This document shows positions 17,509-24,845 of a DNA stretch of 64,000 nucleotides, piece by piece. The DNA comes from Candidatus Roizmanbacteria bacterium (lineage in GTDB: Bacteria; Patescibacteriota; Microgenomatia; UBA1406): positions 41,581 to 105,580 of the forward strand of contig JANLHL010000038.1 of NCBI GenBank assembly GCA_024654535.1, given 5' to 3'. Both the position numbers and the translations under genes were made by a program. The notes below the pieces were generated by a model. It did not search any database. It saw nothing but the letters and a program-made list of their open reading frames with translations, and was not told the origin of the DNA. Numbering within the stretch: the first letter of the stretch is position 1; the number at the start of each line of letters is the position of its first letter.

Positions 17509-19254
17509 ATGTTATTTTCAGAACTCGCTCACTATCTTCAAGAGATTGAATCTGCCAGTAGCAGACTCGTTATGACACGGCTTTTGGCCGATCTATTTAA
17601 AAAAACCAGCGCACAAGAGATTGGGAAAGTAGCATACCTGGTACAGGGTCAGACAGCGCCACTGTATGAACATAGAGAATTTGGTGTCGCAGAAAAACTT
17701 GTACTTAAAGCGCTTACGTCTGCCTTTTCATTAGACAGCGCACAAGCGAAAGCGCGAAACACCAGTATGGGCGACTTGGGTTTAGTAGCTGAAGCTTCCC
17801 GAGAAGAGACAAGAGAGCTTTTTGACAGCACACAAAGTGTGACTATAGAGGAGTTATTTGAAAAACTGTACACACTTACCACACTTTCGGGTACTGGTTC
17901 ACAAGACGAAAAACTTGCACTTATTGCAGACATGCTTCGTATATCTGACCCATTAAGTTGCCGGTATATAGTCCGCATACTGATAGACAAACTTCGTTTA
18001 GGTTTTTCTGCAATGACGATACTCGATGCATATTCATGGATGTTAACAGGGGATAAAACACTTCGTAAAAGTATAGAACGAGCATATAATGTGTACCCAA
18101 ATTTGGGGCACATCGGTGCTTTACTGAAAAAAGGTGGCATACACGCACTCTCTCAGATCGAACCGGCAGTAGGAGTTCCTATTCTTATGGCTAGGGCAGA
18201 ACGGGTTGAAAAGCCATCAGATATTATTGAAAAAATAGGTGAGTGTGCGGTTGAACCAAAATATGATGGCTTTCGACTACAGCTCCACTATGACAAGAAA
18301 AAAGGTACTCGACTTTTTACGAGAGGACTTGACGAGGTGTCGTATATGTATCCAGAGATAGTCCAGGCAGGAAATAACGAGCTTCAATGTGATTCTCTTA
18401 TTTTAGAAGGAGAGGCTGTTGGATATAATCCGGATACCGGTGAGTTTTTACCCTTTCAAGAGACTGTGCAGAGAAAGCGTAAGTACGGCATACAGGAAAA
18501 AGCGCTTTTAGTGCCGCTTAGACTTTTTGTATTTGATCTGTTATACCTCAACGGAAAGAATTATTTACACAAACCGTATACCATCAGAAAGAAAATGCTG
18601 AAGAGCATAATAAAATCAAAGAAGGTAAATACGATAGTCTATACGAAAGAAATACGTACGCGTGATCCTCACGCACTTGAAAGCCTATTTGATCAATATA
18701 CATCTGAAGGTCTTGAGGGAGTCATAGCCAAAAAACTAGACGGTACATACGAAGCCGGTGCGCGAGGTTTTAACTGGATAAAATTCAAGCGAAGTTATAG
18801 TAAAAAACTTAACGACACCATAGATTGTGTAGTCATGGGGTTTGATTATGGCAAAGGCAAACGTACCAGCTTTGGCATTGGCGCATTTCTTGCTGGAGTA
18901 TACAATAAGGCCTCGGATACATTTGAAACTGTAGCAAAAATAGGGACAGGGTTGACCGATGACGAGTGGCGTGCGATGAGTGCAGCATGTGAAAAAAACA
19001 AAGCCGCACAGAAGCCAGTGCAATATATAGTGGACGACATGACGACGCCAGACGAATGGTCGTACCCAAGTATTGTTGTTGAGATTCGAGCCGATGAAAT
19101 TACGAAATCTCCGGTTCATACCGCTGGAAAGACCAGCGGTATTGGTTATGCATTGCGATTCCCTCGATTAGAACGTTTTCGTGCCGATAAAAAGCCTACA
19201 GACATTACAACAACGGTAGAGCTGCAAGATTTGTATACCGTTCAAAAAAAATAG
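17509..19254 (+). CDS. lig: ATP-dependent DNA ligase (archaeal/eukaryotic Lig1-like, with N-terminal DNA-binding domain)
   Basis: Adenylation motif I EPKYDGFRLQLH, motif LILEGEAV, and OB-domain motifs GLEGVIAK / WIKFK. Confidence 0.9.
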   Translation: MLFSELAHYLQEIESASSRLVMTRLLADLFKKTSAQEIGKVAYLVQGQTAPLYEHREFGVAEKLVLKALTSAFSLDSAQAKARNTSMGDLGLVAEASREETRELFDSTQSVTIEELFEKLYTLTTLSGTGSQDEKLALIADMLRISDPLSCRYIVRILIDKLRLGFSAMTILDAYSWMLTGDKTLRKSIERAYNVYPNLGHIGALLKKGGIHALSQIEPAVGVPILMARAERVEKPSDIIEKIGECAVEPKYDGFRLQLHYDKKKGTRLFTRGLDEVSYMYPEIVQAGNNELQCDSLILEGEAVGYNPDTGEFLPFQETVQRKRKYGIQEKALLVPLRLFVFDLLYLNGKNYLHKPYTIRKKMLKSIIKSKKVNTIVYTKEIRTRDPHALESLFDQYTSEGLEGVIAKKLDGTYEAGARGFNWIKFKRSYSKKLNDTIDCVVMGFDYGKGKRTSFGIGAFLAGVYNKASDTFETVAKIGTGLTDDEWRAMSAACEKNKAAQKPVQYIVDDMTTPDEWSYPSIVVEIRADEITKSPVHTAGKTSGIGYALRFPRLERFRADKKPTDITTTVELQDLYTVQKK

Positions 19255-19278
19255 GTCAGAGTGGTATATACTACTGCT

Positions 19279-19995
19279 ATGGACTTTACTATTCTCACCT
19301 ACAATGTTCTATTTGGGAAAGCAGTTGCCTTTGTTCCTCATTTGCTTGAAAAATACGAGCCTGATGTCGTTTGTTTGCAGGAATTTGAAATAACGGTAGA
19401 TAATATACAGCGCATAGAGCGGACTGGTTACTATTTAGCAGATTACTCACATTCATTTGTGAAATTTTTGAAGGTGTACGGAGTGGCGACCTTTTATAAT
19501 CCTAAAACGCTTAAGGCTAAAGATGGAGAGGTTATACCGTTATCACGTAGTTTTTATGAAATCATTCTCCTCATATTGGCAGTGAATCAAAAAAGGACAG
19601 TATTGAAAACCCAGTTTACTCATAAAAAAATAAAGAAAACTATTGACGTGTATAATTTGCACCTTACTATGCATGGCACCAATGCTGCCCGCTTGAAGCA
19701 GCTTGAAAAGGTCATGCAAAATATTGAGGAGACGAATGGCACTAGCCTTATCGTTGCAGGAGATTTTAATTATGCGTATAAAAGAAAGGCGCTCGAAAAA
19801 GTTATGAGAGCACACAAACTGCAAGAAGCGACACGGAATTTATTATATACACTCATTTGGAATTTTTTATGGTTTATTCCTGTTCCATTAAAACCCGACT
19901 ATATCTTGTATAAGGGTCTTACACTCAAAGAGACAATTCGCGAAAAAGAAACAATCTCAGATCATTTTCCAGTCGTCTCGCGTTTTACACTGTAA
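19279..19995 (+). CDS. Endonuclease/exonuclease/phosphatase (EEP) family protein
   Basis: ILTYNV...PDVVCLQEF...GDFNY...SDHFPV motifs. Start set at the ATG at 19279, which has TATACT 6 nt upstream. Confidence 0.8.
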   Translation: MDFTILTYNVLFGKAVAFVPHLLEKYEPDVVCLQEFEITVDNIQRIERTGYYLADYSHSFVKFLKVYGVATFYNPKTLKAKDGEVIPLSRSFYEIILLILAVNQKRTVLKTQFTHKKIKKTIDVYNLHLTMHGTNAARLKQLEKVMQNIEETNGTSLIVAGDFNYAYKRKALEKVMRAHKLQEATRNLLYTLIWNFLWFIPVPLKPDYILYKGLTLKETIREKETISDHFPVVSRFTL

Positions 19996-20021
19996 CGTAT
20001 CCCTTTTTTACATAATCTAAT

Positions 20022-20041
20022 AGATCCACAATTTATCCACA
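20022..20041 (+). promoter_or_regulatory. Two head-to-tail DnaA-box-like 9-mers
   Basis: AGATCCACA (20022-20030, 7/9 match) and a perfect TTATCCACA (20033-20041), separated by 2 nt in a 720-bp intergenic region. Confidence 0.4.
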
Positions 20042-20138
20042 TTAATTCTTAATTTGTCTATTTACTGTCAGGACAGCATATAGTATCTATCTTAAACTAT
20101 AGGTTATAAATATTTTGGGTGTAGAAATACTATAAGAC

Positions 20139-20168
20139 TTGACAAATGCTTGCTATATGCGGTACAGT
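20139..20168 (+). promoter_or_regulatory. Sigma-70-type promoter TTGACA-18-TACAGT
   Basis: The hexamers read directly from the sequence. An ATG lies 6 nt downstream. Confidence 0.5.
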
Positions 20169-20174
20169 TATTGT

Positions 20175-20309
20175 ATGAAATTAAAAAGTGTTATTAAACT
20201 CTCTGTTGACAAGAAGGAAAGAGACATAAAAAAGAGAGATATCTTTAGAAAAGAGTTGAAGCAGTTGATGAAGTGGAAAGTTAAGGTTCCGTTGCAGTTC
20301 TACACATAA
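20175..20309 (+). CDS. Candidate leaderless small ORF encoding a 44-aa, highly basic peptide
   Basis: TTGACA (20139-20144), 18-nt spacer, TACAGT (20163-20168), 6 nt, ATG. Peptide MKLKSVIKLSVDKKERDIKKRDIFRKELKQLMKWKVKVPLQFYT. No homology recognised. Confidence 0.3.
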   Translation: MKLKSVIKLSVDKKERDIKKRDIFRKELKQLMKWKVKVPLQFYT

Positions 20310-20521
20310 AAAAAGAGCATCACTACCGCTCGCCCGGTGTTAAGATGAGCGACGAATAGTAATGCCCTTTAGTTAAGGCGATCCCTTTTTATGGGGATAC
20401 GATATCACTGTATCATATTGTATTTTTTTGTCAAATTTTTTGTTTTTACATTTCTTCAGTACAAGACTACTAGTGAATTGATATAATGTTTTTGTTTCGC
20501 TTAAAGCCGATAGCTACTCTT

Positions 20522-20609
20522 GGAGGAGTCGCATAGCCAGGTCCATTGCGAGGGGTTGCTAACCCCTTGAGCCGCAAGGCTCGCGTGGGTTCGAATCCCA
20601 CCTCCTCCG
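20522..20609 (+). tRNA. tRNA-Ser (GCT), long variable arm
   Basis: Acceptor GGAGGAG/CTCCTCC, anticodon stem AGGGG/CCCCT with loop TTGCTAA, T-arm GTGGGTTCGAATCCCAC, discriminator G. Confidence 0.9.
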
Positions 20610-20716
20610 CAACGTAAAAACGCTTATCACATTGTTCACAATAGCCAGAATAGAGCGAGTGGACAGGCTCACAAATTTGTTGAACCAGATAATTAAATAT
20701 GTTAGTGTAAAATTAC

Positions 20717-21538
20717 ATGGATCCTCAAATTCAAAACATCCCACCACAGTCTCAATTTCAACAACCTGTTTATCAAAATCCCTTATCAAAAATAATTCCT
20801 TTTATTATAGTTGGTTTTATTTTAATTATTAGTACCTTTAGCGCTTATTATTTGGGTACTAAACACATAAGTAAGCAACAAATTGTTATCACTCCTACTC
20901 AACCTAGTCCAACTGAGATAATTAAACCAACTCAAAATATTTCCATATCAAATAACACACTAACCTCAACCCCAACAGTAACTGTTAATAATGATATTTA
21001 TACCGAATGGACAACATACACTAATTCAAGATATAGCTATAGTTTAAAATACCCAAAAGAATTTGTGGTAGAAGAAAAAGAAATAAATATTTGTCCTACT
21101 CTTAATCCTCTTACACCTCCAATCAGCCCTGGCTGCATAACAATAGAAAAAAAAGGTGATCGCGTTATTATTTATAATAAAAATAGAGTGTCAAGAAATG
21201 GTAGTGACGCATATTCTGAAATTCTTCTTAAAATTAATAATAAACCTCAGGTAAAAGACGAAGCTTGTTATAGCTTGAATAAAGAGCCCCCATACAGAGA
21301 AATTATTATAAACGGTAAGAGTTTGTTTGAACGTATAGATAGTAATGGCAATTTTGCATATTTGATTGTAGATTACAATAAGAAGAAAGATCCAAACGAA
21401 GAAGGCTTTTATTTATATTGTGAAACCATAGGTATTCCTATCAATAATTATTCCTTACTAATAAATGCAAATATAGGTGGGGTAGCTAAAGAGGATCAAG
21501 AAATAATGAGAATAATTATAGAATCTATTTCTTTTTAA
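20717..21538 (+). CDS. Membrane-anchored hypothetical protein with an extracytoplasmic domain; very AT-rich gene
   Basis: Pro/Gln-rich N-terminus, one TM (IIPFIIVGFILIISTFSAYYLG), Thr/Pro linker, and a roughly 190-aa domain with no recognised motif. Confidence 0.55.
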   Translation: MDPQIQNIPPQSQFQQPVYQNPLSKIIPFIIVGFILIISTFSAYYLGTKHISKQQIVITPTQPSPTEIIKPTQNISISNNTLTSTPTVTVNNDIYTEWTTYTNSRYSYSLKYPKEFVVEEKEINICPTLNPLTPPISPGCITIEKKGDRVIIYNKNRVSRNGSDAYSEILLKINNKPQVKDEACYSLNKEPPYREIIINGKSLFERIDSNGNFAYLIVDYNKKKDPNEEGFYLYCETIGIPINNYSLLINANIGGVAKEDQEIMRIIIESISF

Positions 21539-21948
21539 AACTATTTAAGCTGTATTCGATGAACCCCACTAAATTTCTATATGTAATCGTTTGAAGATAT
21601 TATACATATAAGTTTCTATTAAGTTTCATTCTGGGAACCCTGTGCTCATAAATAGAATATCATTTTTAGGATATACGTCGTAATAGACTCTCTTGTTTTT
21701 TATACTGTCCCAAATGTCCCCGTTAGCCTTCAGTTATAAGGACAGATTTGTTCTAGACCCGGTTGTTCCGCCAAAGATCTATAGTATTGGATGATCTAAG
21801 TACTATCGCTGTCTCAGTTCTTCTAGGAAGTTAATGGGAAAAATATATCTTTTAAACAGTCCTGTAGAATGAAAAACCGCCCAAAAACCCCTCAAGGGAA
21901 ATGTCGTTGGTTTTAACCTTTTCGTGTTATCTAGGTTGTTCTATCCTT

Positions 21949-21990
21949 CCCTGTGGAGGTATGAATTTCGTTCGAATCCCTCTCTCTGGA
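21949..21990 (+). pseudogene. tRNA-like 3' fragment (variable-arm end, T-arm and acceptor 3' strand), not foldable as an intact tRNA
   Basis: CCCTGTGGAGG[tatgaatttcg]TTCGAATCCCTCTCTCTGGA compared with the tRNA-Tyr 3' part CCCTACGGAGGTTCGAATCCTCCCCCCTGGA. No 5' acceptor partner was found. Confidence 0.35.
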
Positions 21991-22116
21991 CACTTTGATA
22001 AACTCAACGTAGGCTTAGAATAGGAAAGAGACAAAAACCGTTGCCTTAACCCTTCTTGCCATTAAAAAAGATTAAAATCTCTAATACACTGAAATAATTC
22101 TCTCTTACCTAATTTG

Positions 22117-22132
22117 TGTGAGTTAGATTACT
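22117..22132. promoter_or_regulatory. Second CRP-like site, TGTGAGTTAGATTACT
   Basis: 13 of 16 positions are identical to the 4655-4670 site. It lies about 120 nt upstream of the lmo0937-like/CsbD-like gene pair. Confidence 0.35.
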
Positions 22133-22250
22133 TAATATATGAATGTAGAATGACTGTTTAACACACCTCTTATTCGTACAATGCCTTTAGGTAACGCAGA
22201 AATAACGAAGATTTATAAATTGAATTTTTATGAAAGGTAGGTGAATATAG

Positions 22251-22397
22251 ATGGGACTAATAGATTTTATTATAGTTATATTAATAATTTCATGGTTGGG
22301 AGGATTTGCTCTTCACATAGGTGGTGGACTTATACATTTAATCCTTGTTATTGCTTTAATTGTGCTTGTTGCTCGTGTATTAGGTTTTAGTGTGTGA
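22251..22397 (+). CDS. lmo0937-family-like small membrane protein (48 aa)
   Basis: Below the ORF-track length cutoff. SD AGGTAGGTG 7 nt upstream. MGLIDFIIVILIISWLGGFALHIGGGLIHLILVIALIVLVARVL matches the family pattern. Confidence 0.6.
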   Translation: MGLIDFIIVILIISWLGGFALHIGGGLIHLILVIALIVLVARVLGFSV

Positions 22398-22430
22398 TGC
22401 ATTAATTAAATTATTAAATTTTAAAAAAAT

Positions 22431-22610
22431 ATGAATATTAAAACAAAGTTAGATATTGCTAAACAAAAGGTTGTAGGAGTTGCTCAACAGGTTAAAGGTG
22501 AAGCTGAAGTAATGTCAGGAAAACAAGTAAAAGGAAATGTAGATAAAATTCGCGGAAAGGCTAACGAAATGGCAGCTGATTTCAGAAGTAAGGTAGAAAA
22601 CGCTAAATAA
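22431..22610 (+). CDS. CsbD-like general stress protein (59 aa)
   Basis: Below the ORF-track cutoff. Repeated KGxxxxxxGK pattern (VKGEAEVMSGKQVKGNVDKIRGKANE). Confidence 0.65.
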   Translation: MNIKTKLDIAKQKVVGVAQQVKGEAEVMSGKQVKGNVDKIRGKANEMAADFRSKVENAK

Positions 22611-22620
22611 TAAAATAAAT

Positions 22621-23841
22621 ATGATGAAAGAAGCAACTTTTCAATATCAAAACATTATGAAAATAATGTATTATTCAAAGTATCTTCTAATTTCGTTGCT
22701 CATTATTTTGATGCAGCTTATTTTTATACCTCCACACATAGCGTATGCAGCCACTTCACCAGACCTTGGACAAGCTGCCAGTTTCTCGGTTTTGGGTTTT
22801 TCAGACGTAACCAATACCGGTACAACTTCCCTTTCCGGAGACCTAGGTGTTTGGTCAGGTAGTTCAATTACTGGGGGAGGGACCATTAATGTCGGTGGAG
22901 CCACACATACCACCGATTCAGTAGCGCAACAAGCACAAGCTGATGCAGGCACTGCAGACGGCAGTTTAACAGGTCAGGCCAATACAGGTGGTAGTCTCGG
23001 GGCTCTCGATTCGTTGGTTCTTGTTCCTGGTGTTTACGATTTAGCAGCAGGATCATTAGGTGGAGGTGTACTTACTCTTGACGGTCCAGGCGTCTACATA
23101 TTCAGGACAACCAGTACTCTCGTATCCGCTGGCTCGGTAAGCTTGATCAATGGAGCTCGGGCTTGTGACGTATTTTGGCATGTCCAAACTGCAGCGACTA
23201 TCAATGGTAGTTCGTTTGTGGGAACAATTATCGCAAAGACAGGCATCCAATTTGGTACAGGAGTAAGCTTAAACGGTCGAGCCTTAGCAATCGGGTCTGC
23301 TGTAACACTGCAGGGCAACGCAATCTCCGGGCCTTCCTGTGCAGCAGCCTCATCTTCCAGCTCATCATCTAATTCGTCATCCAATTCATTCCCTTTCGCT
23401 CCAGTTTGTGTCGATTCTGCTCCATCAAACAGTCCAAATCTTTTTCAAATAGACCGAGCAGGAAGTAAGGCAACAGTATATTTCACCCCAGTAAATGACC
23501 ATTTATCTTACTACTATATCGCATATGGTTTGAGTCCTGGGGATGAGCGGTATGGTGTATCTTTTCCAGCTAGTCTTTCAAGTGGAGTTGTTAACTTTAC
23601 TATAAATGATTTAAATCCAGATACAACTTATTTCTTTAAGGTTCGTGGTGGGAGTGGTTGTGCGCCGGGAGAATGGTCCAACAATAAAGAATCTAATTCT
23701 AAGAACCCAATGCTTCCAAACACAGGAAACGGACCTCAAAAAAGTACAATCCCATGGCAAATTCCAGTGGGTGTTTTCATCGGAATATCAACTCTCCTTG
23801 TTTTAATTCAAAAAAAACAGAGATGTTCATCCAGTTCTTGA
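22621..23841 (+). CDS. Cell-wall-anchored surface protein: DUF3494 (ice-binding-like beta-solenoid) domain, Ser-rich linker, FN3-like domain and LPXTG sorting signal
   Basis: LGQAASFSVLGFSDVTNTGTTSLSGDLGV...VLVPGVYD...LTLDGPGVYIFR...ACDVFWHV...GRALA...VTLQGNAIS. LPNTG at nt 23713-23727 followed by a TM and KKQR. Start uncertain (Met at 22621, 22657 or 22666). Confidence 0.8.
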   Translation: MMKEATFQYQNIMKIMYYSKYLLISLLIILMQLIFIPPHIAYAATSPDLGQAASFSVLGFSDVTNTGTTSLSGDLGVWSGSSITGGGTINVGGATHTTDSVAQQAQADAGTADGSLTGQANTGGSLGALDSLVLVPGVYDLAAGSLGGGVLTLDGPGVYIFRTTSTLVSAGSVSLINGARACDVFWHVQTAATINGSSFVGTIIAKTGIQFGTGVSLNGRALAIGSAVTLQGNAISGPSCAAASSSSSSSNSSSNSFPFAPVCVDSAPSNSPNLFQIDRAGSKATVYFTPVNDHLSYYYIAYGLSPGDERYGVSFPASLSSGVVNFTINDLNPDTTYFFKVRGGSGCAPGEWSNNKESNSKNPMLPNTGNGPQKSTIPWQIPVGVFIGISTLLVLIQKKQRCSSSS

Positions 23842-24425
23842 AAACGCAGGTTCGACGGCCTTTGTTACTGTCCATATTTGTTGCATTCTCCCTGATACTT
23901 CTTCTCTATAATGCTTTAGGAACATATGAACAGATGAAATTTCAAAACTCATCTAAACAAAAGCAGGGAACCGTTAAGACTGCCCAAGGATTGCCAATAC
24001 GTTTAATAATCCCAAAAATCAATGTTGACGCGCGTATTGAATACATGGGCGTTACGGCAACAGGAGCTATGGAGGTTCCCGATACTGCCGTTAATGTGGG
24101 ATGGTTTAAACTGGGCCCTCGACCTGGTGAACACGGAAGCGCAGTCATCGCGGGTCATTTTGACGGAAAAAATGGAGAAGCAGGGGTATTTATAAATCTA
24201 TATACTCTAAAAAAGGGTGACAAAATATACGTCGAAGATAGCAAAGGAACATCTGTTGCCTTCGTCGTTCGGGAAAGCCGTATCTATATCCCCAGTTACG
24301 CAAATGATGTTTTTAGCTCGAGTAGTAGCGCTCATCTTAATCTTATCACCTGCGACGGTGTATGGAATGGAGTTAAAAAAAGTTATAGCAAGCGTTTGGT
24401 AATATTCACCGATTTGATACGATAG
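23823..24425 (+). CDS. Sortase (class E/F-like transpeptidase)
   Basis: N-terminal TM anchor. LIIPKINVDARI, catalytic His in AGHFDG, and LNLITCDG (TLxTC-type Cys). 19-nt overlap with the LPXTG gene. Confidence 0.85.
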   Translation: MFIQFLKTQVRRPLLLSIFVAFSLILLLYNALGTYEQMKFQNSSKQKQGTVKTAQGLPIRLIIPKINVDARIEYMGVTATGAMEVPDTAVNVGWFKLGPRPGEHGSAVIAGHFDGKNGEAGVFINLYTLKKGDKIYVEDSKGTSVAFVVRESRIYIPSYANDVFSSSSSAHLNLITCDGVWNGVKKSYSKRLVIFTDLIR

Positions 24426-24527
24426 AGATTATCCGTACTGTATAATGTGCCTATTAGCCCTCTCAAATAGTAGAATGAATATGGATAGGAAGGGGACTTA
24501 GAATTTATTGGAAAGGAGGTGAAACAT

Positions 24528-24734
24528 ATGGCAAGCATAATGGATATTAGTGAATCTTTGGCAAAAGAAGGAAGGCTCGCTCAAGATTATGTGAAGTTTC
24601 GTAATGAAGCTGTGAATATAGACTTTAAGAATGATTTAAAACGACTAGAAAAACTTACAGTTGAGAAAATGAGAATTTTACACAAAATAATAAAAGAAGG
24701 ACCATGGCTTAAACACGAAGGAGGTATCACATAA
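24528..24734 (+). CDS. Hypothetical small protein (68 aa)
   Basis: Strong SD AAGGAGGTG 6 nt before the ATG at 24528, which is unusual in this window. No recognisable motif. Confidence 0.45.
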   Translation: MASIMDISESLAKEGRLAQDYVKFRNEAVNIDFKNDLKRLEKLTVEKMRILHKIIKEGPWLKHEGGIT

Positions 24735-24845
24735 AATTTTCACAAACTGTCTTTTGGTATACAGCATATAAATATGCCCGATAGTTGTTTTTGTTTCTAC
24801 TTACTTTGACCCATTTAGTTCCTTGAATACGGTACAATAGCCACT

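Noticed and set aside
19996-20521. Calling this intergenic region the chromosomal origin (oriC)
   Set aside because: There are only two DnaA-box-like 9-mers, no dnaA or dnaN in the window, and no switch in gene orientation. This is insufficient evidence, so it is reported only as a low-interest observation.
21940-21995. Possible tmRNA 3' end or an intact extra tRNA, prompted by GTTCGAATCC
   Set aside because: The T-stem cannot pair around the TTCGAAT loop without an 11-nt insert. No 5' acceptor strand, no tag-like reading frame ending in Ala-Ala-stop, and no CCA context were found. It is kept only as a tRNA-like fragment.
23754-24425. N-terminally extended ORF-track models
   Set aside because: The other affected models are 28864-29901, 41798-43063, 50256-50963, 56562-57554, 45804-46442 and 47607-48050. 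The extensions overlap the preceding gene or lack homology. Internal Met codons coincide with the start of family homology and with promoter or coupling signals, so the shorter models were adopted.
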